64,000 bases of DNA from an uncultured Clostridia bacterium (GCA_963930995.1 OZ006971.1:481319-545318); one strand, 5' to 3'; shown: positions 20,199 through 31,805, counted from the stretch's first letter. Notes: generated by a model from the letters alone, not told the origin. Numbers and translations: made by a program.

Positions 20199-20957
20199 TT
20201 AGCGGGATTCCTGTGCGGCTTTTTCGAGGAGCCTGCAGAAATCCGCCCAATTCGTCAGCCGTGTGTATGGTACGCGCGGCGGCGTCAGCCGGTCAAAATC
20301 GTCCGAAAGCCGCAGCCAGAACGGCCGCATGCCCACGCCCGCGGCACCCTCGACGTCGCAGACCGGGTTGTCGCCGCAAAACCACACGTCCCCGCCCGAA
20401 AGGCCGAGTTTGTGCAAAGCGATCTCAAAGAAATGGCGGTCGGGCTTGCGGTAGGCGTAGTCATGGCTTGCGAGGATAAACCGGAAGTTTGCGTGCGGCA
20501 GGCAGGAGACGATGCGCCGCTCGAGCGTTGCACCCGTAAACCACATGTTGCTGACGACGCCGTACGGGATGGACAGCGCGTCCAGATATTCGAGCATCTC
20601 TGCGGCGCCGGGCGCCGGCGAGCCGGGCGAACACGCGTCCCAATAGAGCATTTCCGCGTGCCATAGATCGACGTCGAGCACGAGGCCGAGCCGTTCGAGC
20701 ACATAGCGCAAAACGCCCAGAAAATGCACCTCGAGCTTCTGCGCCCAGATCGCGTCCGCGCTGCGGTCGAGCTCCACGCCCGCAAAGCCGAAGTCCGCAA
20801 GAACGTCCCAGATGGCCTTTTGCAGGGCGGGCGGCGTGATGTGCTGTGGATTTGCGGCCGCGTGGGAAAGCAGCACGGCCGCGCCCTTTTCATAATCCGC
20901 GTCCGGTTCCGTGCACAGCGTCATGCCATAATCAAATAAAATCGCCTTGGGAAGCAT
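20199..20957 (-). CDS. HAD-superfamily hydrolase
   Basis: LFDYGMTL, VVSN, KPD and GDNPVCDVEGA. Confidence 0.88.
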   Translation of the reverse strand: MLPKAILFDYGMTLCTEPDADYEKGAAVLLSHAAANPQHITPPALQKAIWDVLADFGFAGVELDRSADAIWAQKLEVHFLGVLRYVLERLGLVLDVDLWHAEMLYWDACSPGSPAPGAAEMLEYLDALSIPYGVVSNMWFTGATLERRIVSCLPHANFRFILASHDYAYRKPDRHFFEIALHKLGLSGGDVWFCGDNPVCDVEGAAGVGMRPFWLRLSDDFDRLTPPRVPYTRLTNWADFCRLLEKAAQESR

Positions 20958-20980
20958 CAAAAAAGCTCCTTTTTATCTTT

Positions 20981-21490
20981 TTAGAATTTATACTCGTATA
21001 GGTAATCGTCCATCACAAAGCCCGAGCCGATATCCGTCACGGTGTCGCCGTAGCGGACAAGGCCCAAATGCTCGTAGACGCGGATTGCCTGGAGGTTATG
21101 CTTATTGACGGTCAGATGGATACGGGGGAGCCCGTCGCGCTTCGCGCGTTCGCACAAAGCCTCAAACGCCTTGCGCGCAAAGCCCTGGCCGCGCGCGGAT
21201 TTGCGCAGGTAGAGCTTGCTCAAAAACAGGCCGTCTTTCGGGTCCGGATGGATGCCCACATAGCCGCAGACCTCACCGCCGTCGGTCAAGAAGTAATATT
21301 CATATCCCTCTTTTTCGACCTGATGGGTCATCGCGGGCAGGGACTGGAACTTTTCAACCATGTACGCGACCTGCGCCTTTCCCAAAAGCGGCGTGAACCA
21401 CTCCTCCCAAATCGAGCGCGCAAGCTCCGCGAGCAGCGGCATCTGGCTTTTAGAGACGGGTTCCAGGGTAAATGGACGGTCATTCGGCAT
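20981..21490 (-). CDS. GNAT-family acetyltransferase
   Basis: LFLSKLYL..ARGQG, LTVNKHN and DIGSGFVMDDY. Confidence 0.9.
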   Translation of the reverse strand: MPNDRPFTLEPVSKSQMPLLAELARSIWEEWFTPLLGKAQVAYMVEKFQSLPAMTHQVEKEGYEYYFLTDGGEVCGYVGIHPDPKDGLFLSKLYLRKSARGQGFARKAFEALCERAKRDGLPRIHLTVNKHNLQAIRVYEHLGLVRYGDTVTDIGSGFVMDDYLYEYKF

Positions 21491-21626
21491 CGAAAAACAC
21501 TTTCCTTTCTGACAGAAGTTTGGTATACTAGGGGTCGATCAAGGCAGCGCCCAAGCGGGTCAAAAATGGCCGCCTTTTTGCGGGGCGCTATGTTCAGAAT
21601 ACCATGTTTTCGGGAGGAATGCAACG

Positions 21627-22007
21627 ATGCAGCAGACGAAAGTCATCAAAACGACCGTAACGCACGACAAGCTTGCGTGCGAGGTGGGCAGCGGCACCCT
21701 GCGCGTGTTCGCCACGCCGGCGATGTGCGCATTATTCGAACAGGCGGCAAGCCAGCTGGCCGAAGAGCTCGTCGAGCCGGGCCAGACGACGGTGGGGGCG
21801 TCTTTGCAGATTGAACACCTGGCGCCGACGCCCGAAGGCGCCGAAGTCACCGTGACGGCGACGCTGCTCTCGCAGGAGGGGCGCAAGTTTGAATTCTCGC
21901 TTTTGGCCGAGGACCCGGCCGGCGTAATCGGCAAGGGCACACACACGCGCGTCGCCGTTTACAGCGAGCGCTTCCAGCAGAAAGCGGACGCCCGCGCAAA
22001 ATCCTAA
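21627..22007 (+). CDS. Hot-dog-fold thioesterase (FlK-like)
   Basis: VGSG..VFATPAM, TTVG and HLAPTP. Confidence 0.88.
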   Translation: MQQTKVIKTTVTHDKLACEVGSGTLRVFATPAMCALFEQAASQLAEELVEPGQTTVGASLQIEHLAPTPEGAEVTVTATLLSQEGRKFEFSLLAEDPAGVIGKGTHTRVAVYSERFQQKADARAKS

Positions 22008-22101
22008 AATCACAAAAAGCCGCAAAAAGGGCCGCCCGTGCGAAACGGACGGCCTTTTTTATACGGTTTCTTTCCATCTTTCGGATGGCGCGGCCGGGTG
22101 T

Positions 22102-23277
22102 TTATCCGGCAAAATTCTGCACCCAGTAGGAGTAGCCGTTGACGGTGTAGCAGCCGACGGCGATTTCCAGGAAGTCGGGGTCGAGGATATTCGCGCGATG
22201 GCCCGGCGAGTTCATCCAGCCCTGCATGACGGAGGCCGGATCGCGGAAGCCGGCGGCGATGTTTTCCCCAAACGTCGTTGCGCCGGGAACATCCGGGAAC
22301 GCCGTAAAGCAGTCCTCGCCGTTCGGACGCGTGTGCGAGAAGACCTCGCGGATTTCCCGCGCGCGCAGGTGGGCGGTGTCCGTGAGTTCATTGGCCCACA
22401 GCAGCGGCAGAAGCCCCGCCGCCACGCGCTCTTTGTTGCACAGGTCCACGACCTGCGATTCATACGCGTAGTTCATGCCCGCTTCCGGCACCATGTTGAC
22501 GGTGTTCGAAAGCCAGTATGCCTGTCCGTCGACCGTCGCGTACAGGCCTGTCACCGGTACGTAGCCGTTTTGCATCGGCCGCACGACGAAATAGGTGAGT
22601 TTCAGGCCGTTCGACGAATAGTACGGCCCGGCCGGTCCCGCGTCGATCGTGACGGCCGCACCGTTTGCGGAGACGACGCTTAAACCCGTGTTCGCGGGGC
22701 TGACGACGGCAAACACACGCTTTGCCCCGCCGCACAGCTCCACCGTGTCGTACAGCGTGGAGGCGACGGGCGCGCCGCCCACACGCAGCGTAAACAGCGG
22801 CTGGCCCTCGATGTAGATGTTCGTCGCGTCGCCCACGGTGCCCTTCGGGATCACGTAAAATTCCGTCATGCCGTTTTCATAGGCGTAGCGCGTGTTGCAG
22901 TCGCCAACCAGCCCGTTGCCGCTGTTAAAGCCCAAAACGGGTTCGGTCGAATAGACGCGCACCGTGACCGGCGCGCCGCGCGCGACCGTATAGGCCGGCA
23001 CCTCCCCGGAAAGGGAGAGCGTTTGCGTTTCCCCGCCCGGCAGGAGCACCTCGGCGCGTGTGACGGCCTCGGCCGTGCGCGTCGTGGCGCCGGCCACAAC
23101 CGGGCTGCCGGCCGGTTGCGGCGTTTTCTGCCGCGCAAGGATTTCCTCACACAGCGCGTCCACCTGCTGGAGCATCGTGTCCGCGGCGCTCGTGGGCAGG
23201 CATCCCATTGAAAAGACGGCTGCGGCACATAATAGGGCCGCCAAAAGCCGTTTTGCGTGTTTTTGCAGACGATTCAT
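22102..23277 (-). CDS. Secreted CAP/SCP-domain protein
   Basis: N-terminal signal peptide; C-terminal NKER..FSHTRP..GENIA..WMNSPGHRANIL..YWVQ.F. Confidence 0.85.
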   Translation of the reverse strand: MNRLQKHAKRLLAALLCAAAVFSMGCLPTSAADTMLQQVDALCEEILARQKTPQPAGSPVVAGATTRTAEAVTRAEVLLPGGETQTLSLSGEVPAYTVARGAPVTVRVYSTEPVLGFNSGNGLVGDCNTRYAYENGMTEFYVIPKGTVGDATNIYIEGQPLFTLRVGGAPVASTLYDTVELCGGAKRVFAVVSPANTGLSVVSANGAAVTIDAGPAGPYYSSNGLKLTYFVVRPMQNGYVPVTGLYATVDGQAYWLSNTVNMVPEAGMNYAYESQVVDLCNKERVAAGLLPLLWANELTDTAHLRAREIREVFSHTRPNGEDCFTAFPDVPGATTFGENIAAGFRDPASVMQGWMNSPGHRANILDPDFLEIAVGCYTVNGYSYWVQNFAG

Positions 23278-23544
23278 AACATTCCCTCCTTCATTCCTGA
23301 AACGCACAAAAATCTGCACAATTATCGATCTATCTTATAAATGGATTCTAAGAGATTTTACAAATTCAGTATAAAGGCTTTGGACGAAAACGTCAAGGGC
23401 TTCCAGAGCGTCTGTAAAATTTTTTGCCCGCTTTTCCGTTTTTGTGCTGCCGAAGCGGGGCACAGCGGGCATTCTTTCGGTCCGGCGGAAAGATCTAGGT
23501 ATACAAAATCCTATGCCCAAAAGCGGAAAATCGTGTGCATTCTC

Positions 23545-23573
23545 TTGACGCAAAAGGGGTTTCGCACTATAAT
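23545..23573 (+). promoter_or_regulatory. Sigma-A promoter of ilvBN
   Basis: TTGACG-17-TATAAT about 150 nt upstream of ilvB. Confidence 0.7.
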
Positions 23574-23725
23574 GAGAGAAATTCCGGCCATTGCTTGTGC
23601 CCGGCGGCAAACGGTGCCGTGGGCTGCGGGGACAGGCATTTTTGGGCGCTTTTTATTTTTTCATGCGGAAATGAAAAACGGAAAAAGGCGCTGTTTGATA
23701 TAGGAGAAAGGGAGGCAGCAGCAAT

Positions 23726-25348
23726 ATGGCGACCGGCGCAGAAATTATGGTCAAGTGCCTGGAGAAGGAGGGGGTGTCCCTGCTTTTCGGCTATCCGGGT
23801 GCGGCAATTTGCCCGTTTTATGACTGCCTTTTGCCGTCAACGGTCGAGCACGTCCTCGTGCGGCAGGAGCAGAATGCAGCGCACATGGCCAGCGGCTATG
23901 CGCGTTCGAATGGGAAAGTGGGCGTATGCGTCGCAACGTCCGGCCCCGGCGCGACGAACCTGATTACAGGCATCGGTACGGCGTATATGGATTCGATCCC
24001 GATGGTGATCATCACCGGCCAGGTCAATTCCTGGCTTTTGGGCCGCGACGTCTTCCAGGAGGCGGACATTACCGGCGCGTGCGAGAGCTTTACGAAGCAC
24101 AGCTATCTTGTAAAGGACGCGAAGGATCTGCCGCGCGTCTTTAAGGAGGCGTTCCACATCGCCTCGACCGGCCGTCCGGGACCGGTGCTCATCGACGTGC
24201 CCACCGATATCCAGCTGCAGGAAGTCGGCGAGTGGGAGTACCCCGAAAAGGCGGAGATCCGCGGCTATAAGCCCCGCACGCAGGGGCATGCGCTGCAGAT
24301 TAAAAAGGCGCTCGCCGCCATCAAAGAGGCGAAGCGGCCGATTATCTGCTGCGGCGGCGGCGTCGTACTCGCGAACGCGCGCGAGGAAATGACGGCATTT
24401 GCCAAGAAGAGCGGTATCCCCGTTTGCGCGACGATGATGGGGATCGGCGTCACGCCGATGGATTCCGATTACTATATGGGCATGATCGGCATGTACGGCC
24501 GCACGAGCGCCAACAAGGCGATGCAGCAGGCGGACCTCGTCATCCTGTGCGGCGCGCGCGTCGGTGACCGCGCGATCAATGTGCCCCAGCAGATTGCCGA
24601 GCAGGCGCACATCATCCACATCGACATCGACCCGGCCGAAATCGGCAAGAATATGCCCGTCGATATCCCGATTGTCGGCGATATCCGCCAGGTGCTGACG
24701 GCTTTGACCGAAGGCGTCGAGGATACGGTGCCCGTGCAGTGGAAGCGCCAGGTGCTCGATTACAAGCTGCAGTACCCGCCGCGCGGCGTGGAGCGCGAGG
24801 ATTTCGTCGAGCCCAGGCTCTTTATCCGCGATTTGTCCGCCATGATGGAGGACAAGGCCATTTTGACCGCCGACGTTGGCCAGAACCAGATCTGGGCCGC
24901 GCGCAACTTTAACGTCAAGGAAGGCCGCTTCTTGACAAGCGGCGGCCTTGGCACGATGGGCTACGCGGTGCCGGCCGCAATCGGCGCGAAGCTCGCAAAG
25001 CCGCACCGCCAGGTCGTGGCCGTGTGCGGCGACGGGTCGTTCCAGATGTGCATGTGCGAACTCGGCACGCTCGTCGAGACCGGCGCCGACATCAAGATCA
25101 TCGTCATGCAGAACGGCACCCTCGGCATGGTCCGCGAAGTCCAGGGCAACCGCTACGGCCATCGCTACATCGGCACGTCGCTTGTTCCCGGCAGCCCCGA
25201 CATTGTCAAACTCGCGGAAAGTTACGGCATCCCGGCCGCCGAGGCGCATTCCAATGCGGAAGCCCGCACGTTCGCCAAGGAAATGCTCGAACACGCCGGC
25301 CCGTATCTGCTCGTCTGCAAAGTGGACCCCGACACGCCGAGCATTTAA
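23726..25348 (+). CDS. ilvB: Acetolactate synthase large subunit
   Basis: FGYPG, RQEQ, TSGPGATN, GGLGTMG and GDGSFQM (TPP motif). Confidence 0.96.
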   Translation: MATGAEIMVKCLEKEGVSLLFGYPGAAICPFYDCLLPSTVEHVLVRQEQNAAHMASGYARSNGKVGVCVATSGPGATNLITGIGTAYMDSIPMVIITGQVNSWLLGRDVFQEADITGACESFTKHSYLVKDAKDLPRVFKEAFHIASTGRPGPVLIDVPTDIQLQEVGEWEYPEKAEIRGYKPRTQGHALQIKKALAAIKEAKRPIICCGGGVVLANAREEMTAFAKKSGIPVCATMMGIGVTPMDSDYYMGMIGMYGRTSANKAMQQADLVILCGARVGDRAINVPQQIAEQAHIIHIDIDPAEIGKNMPVDIPIVGDIRQVLTALTEGVEDTVPVQWKRQVLDYKLQYPPRGVEREDFVEPRLFIRDLSAMMEDKAILTADVGQNQIWAARNFNVKEGRFLTSGGLGTMGYAVPAAIGAKLAKPHRQVVAVCGDGSFQMCMCELGTLVETGADIKIIVMQNGTLGMVREVQGNRYGHRYIGTSLVPGSPDIVKLAESYGIPAAEAHSNAEARTFAKEMLEHAGPYLLVCKVDPDTPSI

Positions 25349-25365
25349 TAAGGAGGCAGCTTTTT

Positions 25366-25866
25366 ATGAAATACACGCTTTCCGTCCTGGTGGAAAACCA
25401 GCCGGGCCTTCTCTCCAAAGTGGTTGCGCTGTTTTCGCGCCGCGGCTTTAATATCGATTCGCTCGCCGTCGGCGTGACGGAGGATAGCTCCATTTCCCGC
25501 ATCACGATCGTCGTCGACGGCGATGACCATACGGTCGAGCAGGTCGAAAAGCAGCTCAACAAATTGGTCCAGGTCATCAAGGTGCGCACGCTGCAGCCCG
25601 GCACCTACATTTCCCGTGAGCTGTCCCTGATCAAAGTCACGTGCCATGCAAAAGACCGCGGCGATATCATGCGCATTGCCGAACTGATGGGTGCGCGCAT
25701 CATCGACGTGACGAAAAACTGCCTGACCCTCGAATTTTCGGATACCGACGAACGCACCGAAACGCTTTTGGACCTATTGCGCCCGTTCGGTTTCAAGGAA
25801 ATTGTGCGCGCCGGCGCCATCGCCATCGAGAAAGGCGACAAGAGCACTTCCATTGCGAGAAAATAA
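25366..25866 (+). CDS. ilvN: Acetolactate synthase small subunit
   Basis: LSVLVENQPG, FSRRGFNIDSL and KQLNKL; AAGGAGG RBS. Confidence 0.96.
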   Translation: MKYTLSVLVENQPGLLSKVVALFSRRGFNIDSLAVGVTEDSSISRITIVVDGDDHTVEQVEKQLNKLVQVIKVRTLQPGTYISRELSLIKVTCHAKDRGDIMRIAELMGARIIDVTKNCLTLEFSDTDERTETLLDLLRPFGFKEIVRAGAIAIEKGDKSTSIARK

Positions 25867-26043
25867 ACTGTGCAAAGGGCCGGTTCTGAAGAAAACGTTC
25901 CAATTGTAAAGTATTTTATATTTCTCCGGCGCCCGCGCGTATAAAATAATAGGCAATCTTTCATAAGACAACCCAAAACTTCGCGGATGGTTTTCCGTTG
26001 GAAACGTTCCGTGGAGGCCCGCCGCCTACCCGGCAGCTTTTAA

Positions 26044-27102
<1,059 letters not shown>

Positions 27103-27129
27103 GCGCGCGCTTTAGAAGATTCGGAAAAC

Positions 27130-27173
27130 AAAAAGGCCCAAAGCCCTTTCGAAAAAGGCTTTGGGCCTTTTTT
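27130..27173. terminator. Intrinsic terminator after ilvC
   Basis: aaaaggcccaaagcc-loop-ggctttgggcctttttt. Confidence 0.85.
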
Positions 27174-27211
27174 CTGTTTTTCGAGAAAAGGAGCCCGGCG
27201 GCAGGTATCCG

Positions 27212-27271
27212 TGAACAGCACCCCATTTGTTAGACAGGATGGGATACTACTAACAAATGGGGTGTTGTTCA
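27212..27271. mobile_element. 60-bp IS3/IS150-like terminal remnant (TG...CA palindrome)
   Basis: TGAACAGCACCCCATTTGTTAG-16 nt-CTAACAAATGGGGTGTTGTTCA; resembles, from memory, TGAAC.GCACCCC..GTTAGACA ends of Firmicute IS3-family elements; no transposase. Confidence 0.55.
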
Positions 27272-27349
27272 TAGAAAGCCGCTGCCGGGTTTTTCGGATT
27301 CTTTATGGCTTACGCCCGAAGCGGGCCAGTTTCCGTTATGTTTGCAAAC

Positions 27350-29261
27350 TCATTTCGCCCTTTCGCGGGACAGATCCATACTACGCGCTTTCCAATGCAG
27401 CAAAAACGCGGAATGGACGATGACAAGAACGGAGCCGAGGTTGTGGACCAGGGCACCAACCACCGGATTTAGGATGCCTGTGATTGCCAAAAGGATCGCA
27501 ACCACGTTCAGCGTCATGGAAAAGGCCAGATTGCCCTGGATGGTCCGCATCATCCGCTTCGACAGGCGCATCAGGTGGGGCAGTTCGCGGATCTGGTCGT
27601 GGATCAGCGCGATGTCGGCGGCGTCGATCGCGATGTCGCTGCCAATACCGCCCATCGCGATGCCGACGTCCGCCTTTTTGAGCGCGGGCGCGTCGTTGAT
27701 GCCGTCGCCGATCATGCAGACCCGCTTTCCCCGCCGCCTGGTAGGCGCCGATAGCCTCCAGCTTCTGTTCCGGCAGGCAGTCGGCGTGTACCTCGCGGAT
27801 GCCGAGCGTTTGGGCAATGGCATCGGCGGCGTGCGCATGGTCGCCGGTCAGCAGAACCGGCGTAACGCCGGTATTCGCAAGGCCCCGCAGGGTTTCCGCG
27901 GCGTCCGGACGCAGCGTGTCCGAAAGCGCGAGGAAGCCGGCGGCGGCCCCGTCGATGGCGATGTAAGTGAGTGTGCAGCCCGTTTCCAGATACCGTTCGG
28001 CGCGCCGGCGAATCGCTTCCGGCAGGGGAACCCCGTTTTCCGCAAGCAGCTGCGCGTTGCCGGCCAGCAGCGCGTGTCCGTTCACGCCGGCGGCAACGCC
28101 CCGGCCGGGAATCATTTGGAACGCATCCGGCTCTGCGGGCGCTTCGGCGTGCTGCGCCCGGTAGCTGTCCACAATGGCTTTTCCCAGCGGATGCTCCGAG
28201 CGCAGCTCCGCGCTGGCGGCAAAGCGGTAAACGGCGCTGCTGTCCCAGTGCGCACAGCAGCTTTCGGCGGCGGCAACCTGTGGGGTCCCGCACGTCAGGG
28301 TGCCGGTTTTATCAAACGCAAGGTAGGACACGCCGGCCAGCCGCTCCAGGGCATCCCCTTCGCGCACGAGGAAACCGTGCCGCGTGGCGTTCCCGATGGC
28401 CGCCATCATAGCGGTCGGCGTCGCTAAGACCAGCGAGCAGGGGCAGAATACGACGAGAATCGTGACCGCGCGGAGCACCTGCCCGGTGATCAGCCACGTC
28501 AGCACGGCGGCGGTCAGGGCAATGACGACGATCCACCTTGCCCAGCGGTCGGCCAGGCGCACGATTTTGGCTTTGCCCGCATCTGCGGACTGCACCAGCC
28601 GGATCATGCGCTGGATGGAGCTGTCCTCCCCGACTTTCGTCGCTTCCATGTCAAAGGCGCCAAACTGGTTTACGGTCCCGCTGAACACGTCGTCCCCGGG
28701 CGCTTTGTCGACCGGGAGGGATTCCCCGGTCATCACGGCCTGGTTGATGGACGTCTGCCCGGAGAGAACCACGCCGTCCACGGGAATGGCTTCGCCGGGC
28801 AGCACCCGCAGGCGGTCCCCGATTTGTACCTGCTCGGCCGGGATGATGCATGCGGTGCCGTCTGTCAGCCGGCGGGCTGTGCGCGGCGTCAAATGGACGA
28901 GTTTTTCGATGCCGGCGCGCGCCTTTGCCACCGTCAGGTCCTCTAACAGCGCGCCCAGCTGCATGATGCAGGCCACTTCCCCCGCGGCGAACGTTTCGCC
29001 GATCGCGACGGAAGCGATCAGTGCGAGCGACACCAATACATCCGCCGTGATATCAAATTCCGTCAAAAGCCCGATAACCGCTTCAAGTAGGATCGGAATG
29101 CCGCACAGGATGATGGAGACCCACGCGGGGTCCAGGCCCCAGGGCCGCCACTGCAGCAGGCTGCCCACCAGGGAAGCCCCCGAAAGCAGGAGAAACAGGA
29201 TCTCCCTTTTTGTTCCGCCGAGGTGGCAAAATACCTCCAGCCGTTTCATGAAATGTTTCAT
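27350..29261 (-). CDS. Heavy-metal P1B-type ATPase with one apparent frameshift near 27727
   Basis: TGES, CPC, DKTGT, SEHP, TGD in one frame; [10 protein letters not shown] and HNLGS in the second frame; an extra A restores one ORF. Confidence 0.88.
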
Positions 29262-29278
29262 GCTCTGCCTCCTTTACC

Positions 29279-29296
29279 TATACCCGTATGGGTATA
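29279..29296. promoter_or_regulatory. CsoR-type operator just downstream of the ATPase -10
   Basis: TATACCC-GTAT-GGGTATA palindrome; minus-strand TATAAT at 29301-29296 and TTGACT at 29325-29320. Confidence 0.8.
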
Positions 29297-29389
29297 TTAT
29301 AGAGAACGCCTCGACAGGAAGTCAAGGGAAACAATTGCGAAGAGAGGACAAAAAAGCCGGCCCTCCTGGGAAGGCCGGCTTTGCGGAAT

Positions 29390-29665
29390 TCAATTCATAT
29401 TGGCGAACCGCTCCACCGCTTTTGTGAAGTTGGCGATGGTCTGGTCGGCGTCGCCATGCTCAATCCCGTCGCGCACGCAGTGCTTGATGTGCCCTTCGAG
29501 CACGACCTGCCCCACCTTGTGGAGCGCGGACTTTGCGGCGTTGATCTGCGCGAGGATATCTTCGCACGGGACGTCTTCCTCCACCATGCGGTCAATGGCC
29601 TGCACCTGACCGATGATCTTTTTTAAGCGGCGGTGGAGATTTTCCGCATCCATACACTGTCTCAT
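29390..29665 (-). CDS. csoR: CsoR/RcnR-family metal-sensing repressor
   Basis: RLKKIIGQV, PCEDILAQINA and HIKHC (C-H-C ligand set). Confidence 0.9.
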   Translation of the reverse strand: MRQCMDAENLHRRLKKIIGQVQAIDRMVEEDVPCEDILAQINAAKSALHKVGQVVLEGHIKHCVRDGIEHGDADQTIANFTKAVERFANMN

Positions 29666-29715
29666 GCTGCACCTCCGGCGGGCTGTAGGATTCTATGTAC
29701 GAAAAGCGCGGGCAT

Positions 29716-30888
29716 TTACGCCTGGAACAGGTCGGTTTCCGCCATGCGGCGGGACGCCTCCCGGAGCGCTTCTTCGTCCTGCACGAGCGCCATGCGCACA
29801 TGGCCGACGCCGTGGGGCCCAAATGCACTGCCGGGCGTGACGAGCACCTGGGCCTTTTCGAGCAGCGCCCGCGTAAACGCGCGGTCGTCCTCGCCAAACT
29901 GTGCCGGGATCTGCGCCCACACAAACATGGTAGCTGCCGGCGGGTCAATGTGCCAGCCAAACTGCCCAAACAGCGAGATCAACAGGTCCCGCCGCGTCTC
30001 ATACGCGCGGCACGTCTCTTTGACACAGCTTTGATCGCCCGTGATGGCTTCGATCGCCGCGCGCTGGATCGGCAAAAACATGCCGTAATCCATGTTCGAC
30101 TTGAGCGTCTTTAACATGCGCACGACCTTTTCGTTGCCCAGGCAGAACCCCACGCGTGCGCCGGCCATGCCGTACGTCTTGCTCAGGGAATTGAATTCGA
30201 CGCCGACGTCGATTGCGCCGGGGAAGCGCAGGAAGCTGCCGCAGGTGTGCCCGTCGAACACAAGGTCCGAATAGGCGTTGTCGTGCAGGACAATGATGTC
30301 GTATTTTTTCGCAAACGCGATGAGCTTTTCATAGAACGAATCCGGCGCGATGGCGGTCGTCGGGTTGTTCGGATACGAGACAATCATGAGCTTTGCCTTT
30401 TTCGCGTCTTCCGGGTCGATTGCGTCAAAGTCGATTAAGTATCCGTTTTCTTTCTTTAACGGCATATAGCACAGCCGCCCGTCGGCTACAAGCGGCCCGC
30501 ACGAAAAGGCCGGATAACACGGGTCCGGCACCAGAACCGTCTCGCCGGGGTCGATGATCGAAAGGCAGATATGCGTTAAGCCCTCCTGCGAACCGAGCAG
30601 CGACTCAATCTGCGTTTCCGGGTCGAGCTCGACGCCGTAGCGGCGCTTGTACCACACGGCCGCCGCCTTTTGCAGGGCCGATGTGTCGCGAATCGCGTAG
30701 ACGTAGTTTTTCGGGTCCAAGGCGGCGTCCGCGAGCGCGCGGCGGATGCGCTCGACCGGCGGGATGTTTGGCGTGCCGACGCTCAAGTCGATCACGGTGT
30801 GGCCGGCTTTTTCCTGCTGCGTTTTCATCGCGAGCAGTTCCGTAAAGATGCCGTCGGCAAATTGTTCCATTCGTTTTGCAAATTGCAT
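29716..30888 (-). CDS. Class I/II PLP aminotransferase (LL-DAP/MtnE-like)
   Basis: GSQEG, YPNNPT, HDNAY and SLSKTYGMAGARVGF. Confidence 0.88.
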   Translation of the reverse strand: MQFAKRMEQFADGIFTELLAMKTQQEKAGHTVIDLSVGTPNIPPVERIRRALADAALDPKNYVYAIRDTSALQKAAAVWYKRRYGVELDPETQIESLLGSQEGLTHICLSIIDPGETVLVPDPCYPAFSCGPLVADGRLCYMPLKKENGYLIDFDAIDPEDAKKAKLMIVSYPNNPTTAIAPDSFYEKLIAFAKKYDIIVLHDNAYSDLVFDGHTCGSFLRFPGAIDVGVEFNSLSKTYGMAGARVGFCLGNEKVVRMLKTLKSNMDYGMFLPIQRAAIEAITGDQSCVKETCRAYETRRDLLISLFGQFGWHIDPPAATMFVWAQIPAQFGEDDRAFTRALLEKAQVLVTPGSAFGPHGVGHVRMALVQDEEALREASRRMAETDLFQA

Positions 30889-30935
30889 GGTGATGCCTCC
30901 ACAAGCTGGAATTCAAAAATCAAAACAGAGCGCAA

Positions 30936-31805
30936 TCAGGCGAAAATGCCGGAAAGCCATTCGGCGCACAGCGGCACCCATTGTGCGACGTCCGGGCGGA
31001 TAAACGCGTCCTCCTGCCCGGCAGTCGCCGTCAAAGCGGTCGCGAGCGCCAGCCCGTGGCGGCCGTGGGGGAAGATATGCAGCGAAAACGGCACATGCTT
31101 TTCGGCGAGTGCCTGCGCGAACAGAAGCGAGTTTTGCACCGGTACGCACTGGTCTTCGGCCGTATGCCACAAAAAGACAGGCGGCATGTCTTCCCGCACG
31201 GCGTTTTGCAGGGAGAAGCGTTTGCAGAGGTCCGGCGCTTCCTCGCCGAACAGGTTTTGGAACGATGTCCCGCTTGCCCTGCATAGAGGGTCATCGATGA
31301 CGGGGTAGCCCAAGCATACGGCGTCCGGGCGCGCGGGCAGCTGCGCCTGGAATAGGTGCAAAAGTTCCGGCGCATCCCACATCGTCGCAAGGCTTCCCGC
31401 CAGATGCGCGCCGGCCGAGAAGCCCATGACCGCGACCTTTTCCGGGTCGACGGCGCAGCGGTCCGCGTGCGCGCGCAGGAAGGCAACGGCCGCCCCCGCT
31501 TCCAGAAGCGGCAGCGGGTAGCAGGATTCGCGCGAAACCGGGTTCCCAATGCGGCCGCGGCGCGTCGTGTAGGACAGCACAAAGCACTGGTACCCGCGCG
31601 CCAGGAATTCGAGTGCAATGGGTTCCGCCTCGCGGTCGGAGACGATGTCATAGCCTCCGCCCGGGAAGATCAGCAGCGCCGGATAACGCGCTTCGGCGTC
31701 GAGCTCGGGCGAGACAGTCGAGCGCTGCGTGGTCAGCGTGGCACCGCTTCCGAGGCGTCCAAGTTCCGGAAAAAGATCGGTCAATGACATGGAAAATGTT
31801 TTCAT
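30936..31805 (-). CDS. Alpha/beta hydrolase (carbohydrate esterase/lipase-like)
   Basis: PGGGY, GFSAG nucleophile, D.CVP and HG.HGL. Confidence 0.88.
   Translation of the reverse strand: MKTFSMSLTDLFPELGRLGSGATLTTQRSTVSPELDAEARYPALLIFPGGGYDIVSDREAEPIALEFLARGYQCFVLSYTTRRGRIGNPVSRESCYPLPLLEAGAAVAFLRAHADRCAVDPEKVAVMGFSAGAHLAGSLATMWDAPELLHLFQAQLPARPDAVCLGYPVIDDPLCRASGTSFQNLFGEEAPDLCKRFSLQNAVREDMPPVFLWHTAEDQCVPVQNSLLFAQALAEKHVPFSLHIFPHGRHGLALATALTATAGQEDAFIRPDVAQWVPLCAEWLSGIFA

Noticed and set aside
25024-25365. Long N-terminal extension of IlvN in the ORF track
   Set aside because: It overlaps ilvB out of frame; the real start is 25366 with an AAGGAGG RBS
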